Source: Macrostomum lignano
Taxonomy: Eukaryota
Length of the DNA: 64,000 nucleotides
Direction: 5' to 3'
NCBI GenBank assembly: GCA_002269645.1
Contig: NIVC01000461.1
Span: 124,001 to 188,000, forward strand
The translations under genes and the position numbers were made by a program. Below, piece after piece: positions 14,301-31,863 of this stretch (positions are counted from its first letter, which is position 1; every line of letters starts with the position of its first letter). The notes beneath the pieces were generated by a model that was given only the letters and a program-made list of their open reading frames with translations, did no database searches and had not been told where the DNA came from.

Positions 14301-17300
14301 CCACGTTGATTTTAGCAGTAAAAATCGATCAAATTATCCTCCAATTTTCAGCCAATTTTCTAATACTGCGACGTCAAATTCTAAAATTAAGTTTTATAGT
14401 AGCTAGACTAGATTAATCGGCTAAATTAATTTGGTCTGGCTAGGCATCGCAGCATTCTAAACTGATTGAAGAAAGAGGCTTGCAGTGGTGTACTGTCAGT
14501 GTCCCGGCTGTTATGAATCTGAAATTCACGCGGGCGGCGCCCTCAGCGGGTGGTGAAGCCGCGGAGCAGCCTCTCGCGGAAGCTGCCCAGCCGCCGGTAG
14601 GCTCTCTGGCAGCAGCCGTGCGGCCAGGGCAGCTGGATCTCGCACGGCAGCCGGCCCGGCACGCCGGCCTCGAAGAATTCGAATGCGCGATACCACCAGA
14701 CCTGGGCGAGGTGGCTGCTCCGCCGTTCCGCAGAGGGGCACCTGGCCAAGGCGTGGTACACGAGGAACAGGCGGCTGGCCAGCCAGTAGCCGATGATCAG
14801 GTCCACCGTGTAGTGGGCGTGCGAGGACAGCAGCAGCATGAAGCTGATCAGACAGGTGATGAGGCTCGCCCAGCGAAGCGGACTGGCTGACGCAGGAGTA
14901 TACTCCCTGATGGTCAGGTAGGACAGGGTGAGGCTGGCCGTGTGCCCCGAAAAGATGGAGTCGCCGCAGATGTTGTGCGTGTTGCTAACCGAGAAGCCGG
15001 CGCCCATGGCTATGCGGCTAACTCGGCCGTAGATCTCGGCGAAGTTCAGGCTGGAGTTGGAGCGCGGCCCGCAGTGCCGTCGGGCGTTCGGGTCGGGCAT
15101 GGCGGTCACGGCGATGGTCACGGAGCGATAGAGGAACACAATGGCCAGTATGAAGCCGGTCCTGCGCAGCAGCACCCAACGGTGTCTGTGGGCCAAGCAC
15201 AGGGCCAGCGCGGTGCTCATGTTCAATAGTAGCAGGGCCTCGCAGGCCATCAGGGCCCAGTCGCTGCGCGGCACAAGTCTGAGGCTGACGTCCGGCAGCG
15301 GCGGGTACTCGGGCACGTAGTCGTGCACGTACGCCAGGCTGATGGCGGTCAGCAGCATGCCGCCGCCCATGCATGCCAGGGCTAGCAGGGTTTTCCAGCA
15401 TGCAGTCGGCACTGCAACGCTTCCTGCAACACTGCTGCCGCTGCCGCCGCCAGCGCTGCCGCCGACGCCGCTTCGTTCGTTGATTTCAATTTCAGCGTCA
15501 CCAACGGCTGCCGTCTCCGGGATGCTGCAGTCGCCACCCTGTTGCGGCATCAGCTGATGCTGCTGGTGACTGTGCGGCGGACAATCCGGGTCAGCGAACT
15601 CCAGGCGGCGTCGCGGCATGTCCGCGCTGATCCGGTGATCCACTGAGGAATCCATGGGGTCGAGAAATTGATTACCCGTCTGTTGATTCTGAGTTTCCGA
15701 GGTAGCGAAGAAAAACAGCCAACTCTCTTCAGTGGTCAGAATTTTCAAACGAAATTGAGGGGTTTTGAAGCTTGACAGATGCGAGTTAGAGCAACTTTAG
15801 CTAAAGATCCAAGTGAAAGAGTGGGTTTCGGCCATAGACAATTGATTGGTTCAACTATATCGATGTCGATCGACGATCTTGTTGTTTACAAATAATATGT
15901 TTGATTCATTGGACTTCACGAATTTCTGCATACTGAATTTAACCTTAAAAATGCAACTTTGTTTTACTTGTATCATCGAGCCTAAAGCTAAAGTCAATAC
16001 GCATTCTTCATACGCTGATTTTCAGGCCAGGCTATTTGGTGGTACCGGCGTCTCTGGTCTGGTACACGCCGCCAGAGATTCTCACTCAGCTGGCGGACAA
16101 AACGTCTTCTATTCCTGATTCGGCATTCACTACAGCGTCCGATGTGTTTGCATTTAGGTAGGCGGGTGAGGCTTTTGGATGGGCCAGGTGCGGGAGTGAG
16201 GTGGCTGCAAGAGTTCAAAGGGGAGAGAGAGGCGAGAGGCGGGGAGTGAGGTGGCTGCAAGAGTTTAAAGGGGGGAGGCGGGGAGTGAGGTGGCTGCAAG
16301 AGTTTAAAGGGGGGAGGCGGGGAGTGAGGTGGCTGCAAAACTTGGAAAGTGAGATTAAAGGAAGATATCTCAGGTTTGCCTTTAACTTTAATATGTATAT
16401 GTATATAGCCAGCTATCGACTTGCTATTTGATTCGGGCCAGGCTATCTAACAAGTAGATAGGGGCTGTTATCCATGGAGACGCAAATGCAAGCCACTACC
16501 TCTCTTCTCGCCCCAGTGTGATCATGTACGAGGTGTGCGCCGGCCGCTATCCGTACGCCAAATGCGACAGGCGCCAGTACATGGAGAATGTCTGCCAAGG
16601 CAGGCGCGACACAGTGCAGGATATCCGGGTGTCGGACATCATTAAGGTGAGGCTGCTCAGTGTGCTTATAGTTAAAAACGACTAGTCGTTCTTAGTAATA
16701 GGTTAGTTGTTTGTAGCGACATTAAATACCTCGACCCTGAATCCACTAAAAAAACTGCAAAACTCGCGCAGAACCTCATCACGGAATGCTGGAGTCATGA
16801 CCCTCTGTACAGGCCAGAGTTCAGCCAAATCAATGCAGCGCTGCATAATCGGGTAAGTTTATTTTTAGAAACCAAAAAATAGTCGATGGTAATGGGTGGG
16901 GGCCGTAGCCCAGTGGTCTAGCGGGGCGCTTTTTTGTGCCAGCGGCCCAGGCTCGATTCCAAGTGCAGTCACATTCATTTGGGGCTAAATTGGAATCTCG
17001 GCTTGGCTCTGCTCGTGCAATTAACGCCCTTGAGGGCCAACCTCCCAGGCACAGTGAAGTGTACAAGACTAACGATAAATGGAGCTAGGGTCGCTGTACA
17101 TTCCCGTGTGTGTGCCTGTGCGTTTGACTGCGTATGTATCCGCGCACTTGTGTGCCTGCTCAGGGGAGTCGGCGGAATGGGCAGTAATGCCTCTCGCCGG
17201 TTGTGTGACAATGTCGCTTAAAGAGCGCCAGGATGCACACAGCCACTGCCTCTAACTAAACTGTAAACCTATGGTAGTGGGTGGGTGCACCTCTCTGCGC

Positions 17301-17745
17301 CCCCGCCTTTCTCTTAGAGTGTAGCTTAGGCAAAATGTCTATAATACAATATCGGTGATATTTATGCTTTAAGGTGTTAATATGCTGCATATTACAGCGT
17401 ATTGTTGTATTAAAATTGCATATTATTATAGATGGTATTGAGAGACGTTATCTTTAAAAGGACCTACTCACAACCTTATCAGCGATCAAGGCTATTACAA
17501 TAACACCGATTAGGAGATCTATTTAAATGATAAGGTGTGAATCTGCAAGCACAACTTGTCCAAGATGAATGCGGGCTGTAGCTAAAATAGAATACTATTA
17601 GGTATACTGACCGTGTAGATCTTACAGCTCACTATTTGCAAGACAAAGTAACCCGGCATTGCAGGAGACCAGCCACTTGTGGCACAGCTCGTCCGAACCG
17701 GAGAATCTGCACAGACTGCAGTTCGCCAGGAATGGATTCGTCTAA
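5397..17745 (+). CDS. KSR/Raf-family-like pseudokinase, 10 coding exons, about 824 aa
   Basis: Exons 5397-5479, 8292-8536, 8682-9740, 10779-10947, 11657-11749, 12415-12816, 16026-16157, 16517-16646, 16772-16852, 17665-17745. All are GT-AG, phases are compatible, total 2475 nt. KSR-like kinase domain: FNIPYDGI..KGRRRKVFRGQWHGDVTIH, RHENIFLFMGA, GYLHAKGI, WYTPPE, SDVFAF, ECWSHDPLYRPEF. First and last exons are less certain. Confidence 0.8.
5570..6840. repeat. 41-bp minisatellite, about 31 copies, in KSR-like intron 1
   Basis: Unit atgcatagatgaaggaatagaatggattgctaatctattca; shares its core with the 48195-51290 array. Confidence 0.95.
7366..8211. repeat. 50-bp minisatellite, about 17 near-identical copies
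   Basis: Unit gagaccagaaccgcggtgtaaattgcgtcacttgtggctgagctctgagt. Confidence 0.95.
10255..10560 (+). mobile_element. tRNA-derived SINE with CORE-like domain (family A), copy 1
   Basis: A box (tagcctactgattagagc), B box (ggttcgattc), CORE-like caagacacttaactc...cagttcacccagctgtaaaatggg, AT-rich tail. Homologous copies at 11810 and 32263. Confidence 0.8.
11810..12075 (+). mobile_element. tRNA-derived CORE-like SINE (family A), copy 2
   Basis: ggggttgtagcctagtggttagagcgtcgg...ggttcgattc...cacctagctgtaaaatgggtgccagc, same 3' body as the other copies, with an internal deletion in the tRNA head. Confidence 0.8.
12891..13504. mobile_element. MITE-like element with long imperfect terminal inverted repeats
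   Basis: Left end acatttcttagaaaattttag...ggttttaccgaaaag..cattatggag matches the reverse complement of right end ctccgtaatg..ttcggtaaaacc...ctaaaattttctaagaaacgt. Further complementary blocks inside (gcacaaaaa/tttttgtgc; aaagcttttcgtttagaaaattag/ctaattttctaaacgaaaagcttt). Confidence 0.7.
14543..15655 (-). CDS. SGMS: Sphingomyelin synthase / ceramide phosphoethanolamine synthase family protein, intronless, no SAM domain, about 370 aa; nested in a KSR-like intron
   Basis: All four SMS motifs are present: PPLPD, RRTGFILAIVFLYRSVT, CGDSIFSGHT, HYTVDLIIGYWLASRLFLVYH, with several hydrophobic helices. The first ATG is at 15655; the track start at 15748 is TTG. Confidence 0.92.
   Translation of the reverse strand: MDSSVDHRISADMPRRRLEFADPDCPPHSHQQHQLMPQQGGDCSIPETAAVGDAEIEINERSGVGGSAGGGSGSSVAGSVAVPTACWKTLLALACMGGGMLLTAISLAYVHDYVPEYPPLPDVSLRLVPRSDWALMACEALLLLNMSTALALCLAHRHRWVLLRRTGFILAIVFLYRSVTIAVTAMPDPNARRHCGPRSNSSLNFAEIYGRVSRIAMGAGFSVSNTHNICGDSIFSGHTASLTLSYLTIREYTPASASPLRWASLITCLISFMLLLSSHAHYTVDLIIGYWLASRLFLVYHALARCPSAERRSSHLAQVWWYRAFEFFEAGVPGRLPCEIQLPWPHGCCQRAYRRLGSFRERLLRGFTTR
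16190..16340. repeat. About 39-bp intronic minisatellite
   Basis: Unit ggcggggagtgaggtggctgcaagagtttaaagggggga; shares gggagtgaggtgg with the 17905-18340 array. Confidence 0.85.
16898..17260 (+). mobile_element. tRNA-derived SINE (family B), copy 1
   Basis: ggggccgtagcccagtggtctagcg (A box), ggctcgattcc (B box). The roughly 360-bp body matches the reverse complement of 35885-36246; a 3' fragment also lies at about 2220-2270. Confidence 0.8.
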
Positions 17746-17904
17746 TAATTACGAGTATCTGTCATATGCGCTACAAATTGAATAACTGTTTTTTATCCAC
17801 TAGTTGTAGTATGCTATGCACTTTACAAGCTTAATGTACACGATCATTCGCTTAATATAATCGCGCATTCATATGGAAAGAGTGATGTGATTTGAAGTGT
17901 GAAG

Positions 17905-18340
17905 AAGACAGAGGGGCGGGGAGTGAGGTGGTTGGAATTTGAAATGGGCAGAGGGGCAGGGAGTGAGGTGGTTGGAAGTTGAAATGGGCAGAGGGACAGG
18001 GAGTGAGGTGGTTGGAATTTGAAGTGGGCAGAGGGACAGGGAGTGAGGTGGTTGGAAGTTGAAATGGGCAGAGGGACAGGGAGTGAGGTGGTTAGAAGTT
18101 GAAGTGGGCAGAGGGACAGGGAGTGAGGTGGTTAGAAGTTGAAGTGGACAGAGGCGCAGGGAGTGAGAGGGTTGAAAGTTAAAATGGGCGGAGGGGCAGG
18201 GAGTGAGGTGGTTAGAAGTTGAAATGGGCAGAGGGACAGGGAGTGAGGTGGTTAGAAGTTGAAGTGGACAGAGGCGCAGGGAGTGAGGTGGTTGGAAGTT
18301 AAAATGGGCAGAGGGGCAGGGAGTGAGGTGGTTAGAAGCA
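17905..18340. repeat. About 40-bp minisatellite
   Basis: Unit gggcagagggacagggagtgaggtggttggaagttgaaat. Confidence 0.9.
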
Positions 18341-19284
18341 TAAAGAAGGGTTTGAGAGGTACCAGCTACCCGCAGCATAAAAGCTCTGGTTGTTCCAAAA
18401 TTCTCACCTTTTGCTGAAAGACAACTCTTGGCTTCGAGGTCTTAAATAAGCGCATTTTCCACAAAAAGCTATAAAATATTTTCTTAGTCATTCAAGCGTT
18501 GCGCAATCTTTAATTGAGATGGTTGAAATGCGATTGTTTGCTTAACTACTATTTTTCATACACTTGGCTACTACTTGAATATTATAAACATTTTTTCACA
18601 CTAAATGCGAGCATACTGTTCCACACTGCGAGCTCAGACTCCCAAAATGAGTTCTCTTGCGCTGTACATCTCTTGTACAGATTGTGATTAACTACATTTT
18701 CTAGTAAATCTAATTTGGTTACAAGTGCCAGCTCAGCTGATTGACTTTGAGCTGTTGTGCTTCCAATATAGCGAGTCGCGAGACCGTGCTCCTGTCAGCT
18801 GCAACACGCTCGACATGCTTGTCTATGCATCAGCAGTACAATAGCTTCCAGAACATTTCCACTATTGCCTTCCTATTTGTTTTGCTTTGTATACTGGATA
18901 GAAAACATATTTTAAGGCTGGTACAACAGTTCCATTTTAGATTGTAAGCAAATCAGCATTGATGGTCAACTGCCAGCAGGATGACCTTCCCCTTTGCACC
19001 TCGCAGCATCAGCTAACATCTTTTGTGAAAGCACCCCTGCACAACTGCTACAGAATGCTGAAGTTTAATATTTTTGCACCAAAATGTTAAATAAATTTTA
19101 TTGATGCCGTTGCACTGAAGTTTTTCCACTTTTTCTTTCACTGAAATTTGTTCTTTCCGCCACTGTCTACTTAAAAACGTAATTTGTTGTGTTAGTTTAT
19201 GGAAGGTTGCACTTTTGACGCTGGTCTAATAAATATTCCATATCACGCCCTGTACGATCCTTGATTACCGCATGTTACAACTCC

Positions 19285-19465
19285 AATCAGAGTAATTATC
19301 AGAGATTACACCCCAAATCAGAGTAATTATCCGAGATTACAACCCAAAACAGAGTAATTATCCGAGATTACAACCCAAATCAGAGTAATTATCCGAGATT
19401 ACAACCCAAAACAGAGTAATTATCCGAGATTACAACCCAAAACAGAGTAATTATCCGAGATTACA
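19285..19465. repeat. About 30-bp minisatellite
   Basis: Unit agagtaattatccgagattacaacccaaaac, about 6 copies. Confidence 0.85.
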
Positions 19466-19709
19466 CCCTGAAACAGAATTATTTTTCGACATTACACCCT
19501 CCATGCTCGGCCGTATAACTGAAAGAATCGGCAGCACGAAACTGCATGCTATAAATAGCTCGAACTTGATCGTCGAGGACACAAAGCTTCGCCTCCTAAG
19601 CGGTTCATTATTGAAACCATAGACTAAACTTGCGTTCATCTCTCAACCACCAAGCGTTCTCGCGTTGTGCCAGTCTGCGTTGCCTCAACTCTCTCCCAAT
19701 GCGAGCGAG

Positions 19710-22616
19710 ATGCAGCACAGTTTACACAGCTTCAATGCTCCACAGCCGCCAGCATTTCTCGACCCGCTGTACTCGCTGGAGGACTGCTATTACTACTCTG
19801 TACCCAGGTTCCTGGACGCCCTGCACCCGACCAACCGCTGGCTTATTGGCCGCATCAAATGCGACGACTCTGACGCCATCCGCCGGAAGCTGGAGGTGTC
19901 GCCCGACTTTCTGCGCGGTAAATACTTCCAGGTGTTGGACAATCCGGCGCTCTATTTTCAAGATAAGAAGGCCGGCTCGCCGATGTACCACTGCAAGTGC
20001 GTTCTGTACCTGACAGCTCTCGGCGTGGCTCTCTACATGAAGGCTGTGAGTTCGTGACGAACCATTGAGCGCTAAATTTGACAAGACATCCTCTGCTTTG
20101 CCTTCTCTTGCCTCGGTCCCAAATCACTAATCTAGCTAATAATGATTCGAATCCCAGATCTTTAATCCAAGCAATGAGGATTCTACCCCAGATCCCCAAT
20201 CCAGGTAATAAAGATTTTAATCCCAGATTCCTAAATATAGATAATTAGGATTCTAATCACAGATCCCTAATCCAGATAATGATTCTAATCCCAGATTCAT
20301 AATCCAGGTAGTAAGGATTCTAATCCTCGATCCCTTGTCCAGGTAATAAATTACCTGGTGAGGGTTCTAATTCCAGATCCGTGATCCTGGTAAGGATTCT
20401 AAAATCTCTAATTCAGGTAAGGATTCTAATTAAAAATCCCCAATCTACGTAATAAGGATTCTAATCCTAGATAGCTAATCCTGGTAGGGTTCTAATTCAC
20501 TGTGTACTTTGCACCTGCGCCATCTGGGAGTTAACCCTCATGGCTTTAATCTCTTTTTACTACAATTCATCTGCAAGCCTATAAAATACTATATAGCTAA
20601 TGCATTTACACCTGAAGCGAGACATCACAGAGACGCTGCTGATCCAGGAGGACCCGTACAAAGACCGCGTCACGGCGCCCACCGAAGTCCAGTTCGCTTC
20701 GCACATTCAGAACGCCAACGAAGGCGACTTCCACGCCTTCCCGCTGTTCCTGGTGGCACTGCGGCGGGAGTTCTTCGCCGCTATGCTGCCGCTGCAGGCG
20801 GCCGGCTGGCAGCCGAACACCGAGTTGGCGCTACCGTTGCGGCGGCGCTACGAGCGTCGGGCTTTCTACTTCCGCGACTGGCTGGACATTGCGCTGCACA
20901 TGCTGGCTAGCAAGTCTTTCTACCCCGTCCACCTGTTGATTGAAAGCATCATCGGGGCGCCAAGCTACCGCAGCTCGCAGCTGCCGCTCCGCCTGTTCAA
21001 GCCGGGCCCGAAAGACCCCGCGCCGACGCCGACCGGCCTGGTGGACGCCGAGAGCCTCCCACCGGGGCTGCGGATGACCGGCGCGCCCAACCTGCTGGAG
21101 GTGGCCGAGCAGTACGATCGCTACCTGCAGCTCAAGCAGACTCTGCACGCCGTGCAACAGTTGAAACGGCAGGCGGAATGCGACGGCCTGAACCCGGAGC
21201 TGCTGATGCAGGCGGCGCAGGACCACCTGCCCGAGCCGCTGGACACTCAGCCGGCGGAGAACAGCAACCGGAACAACAACGCCAAGAGTCAGGCGGCGCA
21301 GCCGGTTAGAAAATCGAAATTGACTCGCGATCCGGACAGAATCTACTGCTCGGAGCCGCTGCGGATTCTGCTGTACTCGCTTGAGCGGGACCCGCAGCGC
21401 AAGAGCCTGCCGCAGTGCATCCAGGCATTCAATGTCTATTTGAGGAGAAAGTTCTTCTTCGACGCTGAACAGCTGGCTAGCGGCCATCCCAGGTGAGTGA
21501 AGATTGGCCAAACTGATTCATTACAATTAAATATAACAACAGAAATCCGTGACTGTGAGTTCATAATTAACTGGGCAGGTGCAGTCAATTTTTTTGTATT
21601 CAGCGGAGTTAAGAAATTTGTTTAGCTGTATTATGATACACCTAATTTGAGACATTTTCAGATAAGATACGAGTTGAAGAAAGGTTCACTCTGGTAATTA
21701 AATATTAAACCAATTAGATAAAAGGTGCGGTCAGGTAATTAAAGATTTAAGCAATTAGATAACCAGTGCGGTCAGGTAAATAAATATTGAAGCAATTAGA
21801 TAATAGGTGCGGTCAGGTAATTCAAGATTGAAGAAATTATATTACAGGTGCAGTCAGGTAATTAAATATTGAAAAAATTAGATAGCAGGTGCCGTCCAAG
21901 GTAATCAAAGATTGAAACAATCAGATTACAGGTCCGGTCAGGTGTTTCACCATGTATGAGTAGTTAGACAAACGTGTGCAGCCAGGTGGTTAAAGATTCT
22001 ATAGTAATTACATGACAGTTGTTAGTCACTTGTTTTCACATTTAAGTAGCTACTTAGATCAGTAGTTGGATCGAGGCATGCTTCCCCATACGATTGCAGA
22101 GCGCGCGACCTGCGCAACACGGCGACCTGCCTGCTGAACATGGCCAGGCGTGAGCAGGACATCATCGAAAACATCCTAGCCAGAGTGCGGTCTGGCCAGT
22201 GCCGGTTTGCCCACGTCAAGGAGCACAAGGTGCTGGACAGCAGGCGGTTGCAGCACGTCGCCACCATCGACAGGCTGGTGGACTGCCTGGCGCACGTCCT
22301 GCTGCAGGGCAAGCAGCTGCTGACCTTCCTGCGGGTCAGCCAGCGGCGCCTGCCCTTCCCGCCCAGCAGCGTGGACTTCCAGCCGGCGCCGCGCACCAGC
22401 CTGATCTTGTCGGGCGTCCGGTACGGCCTCGTGCGCGCCTTCAACGCCACGCGGACAGCCTGGCGCTACCTGACGGTGGACATGATGCGCAAGGCGGCCA
22501 AGGACCCGTCTCTGGTGCTGCACTGCCGGTTCGGCCAGCGGCCCAGCCGCGATGAGGTGCTGGCCTACGACGCCGAGATGAAGAAGCTGAAAAAGCAGAA
22601 GTCAAGCAAAAGTTAG
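19710..22616 (+). CDS. Uncharacterised protein, 3 coding exons, about 596 aa
   Basis: Exons 19710-20045, 20597-21492, 22058-22616 with GT-AG junctions, compatible phases (0 and 2) and strongly G/C-ending codons. No domain recognised. The true start and the exon-3 acceptor (alternative at 22076) are uncertain. Confidence 0.75.
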
Positions 22617-23934
22617 CCAATAGTTGCGCCACAGTGAGCTTTTTGTGGTTTGTCTGCGATTTCAAATAGGGGTGTGTCTTCTTCTTTCAGCGTTTGTTTC
22701 TTTTGTACGGCAATTGTACGATTAGGTTGCGAAAGAGCGATGTGCCCTGTGTGATAAATTTAGAGCACTTCTAGCAGGTTTCGATTGGGTAACCAATACT
22801 GAACTGCAGATTAGTATGACTTAGCTAATTACACTACTTTGGATAATCACTGGCTGTAAGTAATAACAATAATAGTAATTATTATTAAGTCATACTTATA
22901 ATATAATCATTTTTATTTTATTAGATTCTTAATTTCCTTACATTACAATTATAACAAAATTTTAAAACTGCTTCAAAATTGGTATCATAAATTAAGTTTT
23001 ATACAGTAATATAAGAATAATAAACTAATCATAAGCCCAATAAAATGTCCGCAGCTATAATCCTAACGTAATCGTTATGCTTTTTGATTTAAAAATATAT
23101 AATCTTATTGAAATTTAAGCATCCAGGTGACGTTTTTAAATGCCATCTTTGAAAGTATTAGCTAGTATTATATAAAACCCAGAATAGCAAGAAACATGTG
23201 CTTTAAATTTTCCGGGTTTTGGCGCCAATTCGAAAATAGATTGTTTAAGAATTCATTTATGGGTAGAATACGCGTCGCTCTTTCGACCCTTCCCGTAGAG
23301 TTTGCCTACAAGTTTTGTTATTTAAATAGGATTTGGTGTTGCTGCAATTATCATGGCAGCGTGCGCGAGAAAGACTCTCTGCATTTCTGTTTCTAAGAGA
23401 CGCGACGAGCTCTGTTAAGCGCTTGTCCCAGGGCCCTGCAGCTGATTTATACATAAGCTGCAATTTTTACATAGCTAATAGCTCTCAGTTAGGAGCACTT
23501 TATTGCCTGTTAGCCCAGTCTTGTATATTTTCTAAGCCAAAAATAAAAGTTTAATTGAAGAAAAACGCGACTTGATTTTTTGTTTCTATTCGAGCGAATG
23601 GTACGAGTAATTATTATTATAGCGAGCAGCCACTGGTAGATAATCAGAGAGCGAGGGGGGGGGGAATTCGGTTCTCTTTCAAATGTTCCACGGCGAGGTA
23701 TGAAGATTTCTAGGAAAAAAAAGAATTTTTACAGATGGCTGGCGTACAAAACTGGTGGTGAATGTAGAAAATTAGATTTGGTAAATAAATAAATATAATT
23801 TAAGTGTGGGTGCATAAACTCTGGAGTTACCGCTTTCATCTTTAACAAACAATATAACTTATGTTGAGCCGTGGCTCCAGTAGGGGGCCAAGTGCATACG
23901 AGATGAGTCAGCCAAATTTAACTCGGTGTGGCTA

Positions 23935-24112
23935 GGAATCAGCCAATCAGGATTGAGGGAGGCCGGCAATCAGCCAATCAGGATTGAGGGGGGAGGCCAG
24001 GAATCAGCCAATCAGGATTGAGGAAGTCCCGGAATCAGCCAATCAGGATTGAGGAAGTCCCGGAATCAGCCAATCAGGATTGAGGAAGTCCCGGAATCAG
24101 CCAATCAGGATT
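23935..24112. repeat. About 31-bp tandem repeat, 6 copies, each containing cagccaatcag
   Basis: Unit ggaatcagccaatcaggattgaggaagtccc, lying between two convergent genes. Confidence 0.9.
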
Positions 24113-24247
24113 AGGTGAGGCAGTGACTCCACAAGCCACTGTGCTTATCATCGATGGGATTTATACGAGCAGCAAGTTTTGGTTAGTGAGGCATTGATAA
24201 GGCCCAAGTCTATATGCATTGTTGGGCCGCATTCCTGGCACAGACAG

Positions 24248-28691
<4,444 letters not shown>

Positions 28692-28979
28692 GCCTTAATT
28701 CTGACTGAATGTTTTCTAACAGGTCTGTCGTTCTTCCTTCTGTGGAATTCGCATCAACAGAGTTGCAGTTTTCCTTGAGTTGCTGTGCTGAATCTGCTCA
28801 GCTGCTGCGTAGACTTGGGTCTGACCGCCCCCGTCAGGTATCCAGCCCGAGCTTTTATCTTATTTAACTGTACACAGAAAGTTCAGGTAGCAGGCCTCAC
28901 CGGGCCAAGGAGATCTTGAACGAACATCTGGATAGTTGCCAACTCCCCCGTTCCAATTCTGCTTTTAAGACTCCATATC

Positions 28980-29670
<691 letters not shown>

Positions 29671-30712
29671 TTTTGTGACCGAGAAGCAGTCCCAGGATTC
29701 CGTAATTATCAGAGATGGACAAACTTTTACATTTCATGGAAATTTTCTGTCACTCCAACATACAGACAGATTATGACCAAACAATTTTTTCTAAATTTAA
29801 ATGAGACAGAACTATGTCTAACAATGCTGGTTTAAGAGGGGCAGTTGGCAGCTATCCAGGTATTTTGCCCTGGGTCTCCTTGAGCAGTTGCGCTCCGCCA
29901 CGGTCCGCAGCCACCCAGCGCAGTCGGCCTTTTTATTTTTTCTCTCTCCTGTCCTGCGCTCGCGCACAAGCCCGGCTAATTTTAGCTCGGCCAAGTTCGC
30001 CTCTCGTTCGTTAGCCAGCCTCAGCCCCCGGCTCAGCGCACAGCGCCAAAGGCGAAGAGCACGTGTGTCAGAAAGAGTAACCTCCCGGCCCCCAGGCCCC
30101 CCGGGTAGAGAAACTGAGACCCGCGCCTGCCCGGCCTCCCCAAGTTTCTAAAATTGCGGATGCGGGTGCCTTGCGGTGAAATGATTCCCAAATGGCAATA
30201 ATGAAAAATTGCGCAAAATTAAACCAGCTTGAATTAGAACTGTTGCTTTATTGATGAAGCACGCAATTGAAAGCGTGGTGAATATGAGTTCCCCATTAGC
30301 AGAAGTTTGTTTAACCATTCAGCACTGCAGATGTTTCACGGCATGCTATTTGAGTACTCAAGTAACTTGAAGAACAGCTTTTAAGGGCCTATTGCTTTCT
30401 AAATAAGATGCAATTTGTGGCTGCGAGATTAAACAGGGAGGGATTATAAACATAAATAGTTGAGAAAAAACTGGCTGTGTGAATGAATTATGCCAATCAT
30501 TGATTAGTGTCTGCTGGTGACGGACTGGCGGGCTCCTATTTTGGCACCCCGACAACCCGAAATCTTTGTTCTGCTCCGACGTGCCGAGCTCGATTCCATT
30601 ATTTGAAGTTTGAAAGTCGGAAAGTTGGTTGTAAAAAAGCAATAGCTCGTCTCTGATTGGCTACAGCTCTTGTCAATGCAAATCGCTCAGCCAATCAGCA
30701 GGGACCAGTCGG

Positions 30713-31084
30713 TCAGTCAGCCTCCCGCTGCTGGCAGTCACTCGGCTGAGCTCTGCAGCCCCGTCGGCACTCCTTCTGGCACTCCTTCCTGCGCCGGCGC
30801 AGCCGCCGCCGCCTCTGCCGACGTCGCTGGCGCCTCTGCCTGGAGTTTCGGCCCTTCTTGCCACCGCGCCGGCGATCGCCCCGACGTCGCCGCTGCTGCC
30901 GCCTGTCGGACCTTCGACGACTTGGCGAACTGTTGGCTGCCCGCTGCTTCTTGCGGTGGTTGCGACGGCGGCGCTTCTTTTTGATCTGCTGCTTGCATTT
31001 CTTGCGGCAATAACACTTCTGCTGCAGCTTCAGCAGGTCCGCTGAGGGCGTCAGGCGGGTGAGGGTTTGCGATTGGGGCACATG

Positions 31085-31167
<83 letters not shown>

Positions 31168-31195
31168 TCCTGCCTGCCTGCCTGCCTGCCTGCCT

Positions 31196-31263
<68 letters not shown>

Positions 31264-31286
31264 TCCTGCCTGCCTGCCTGCCTGCC

Positions 31287-31319
<33 letters not shown>

Positions 31320-31322
31320 GCC

Positions 31323-31374
<52 letters not shown>

Positions 31375-31402
31375 AGTCTGTCTGTCAGTCAGTCTGTCTG
31401 TG

Positions 31403-31495
<93 letters not shown>

Positions 31496-31498
31496 GCC

Positions 31499-31559
<61 letters not shown>

Positions 31560-31562
31560 GCC

Positions 31563-31655
<93 letters not shown>

Positions 31656-31658
31656 GCC

Positions 31659-31723
<65 letters not shown>

Positions 31724-31726
31724 GCC

Positions 31727-31775
<49 letters not shown>

Positions 31776-31778
31776 TAG

Positions 31779-31815
<37 letters not shown>

Positions 31816-31816
31816 T

Positions 31817-31863
<47 letters not shown>

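Noticed and set aside
30738-31016. Ala/Gln-rich alternative frame for the last exon of the WIF-domain gene
   Set aside because: The phase-1 junction at 31913/31041 selects the basic-tail frame, which also has G/C-ending codon bias.
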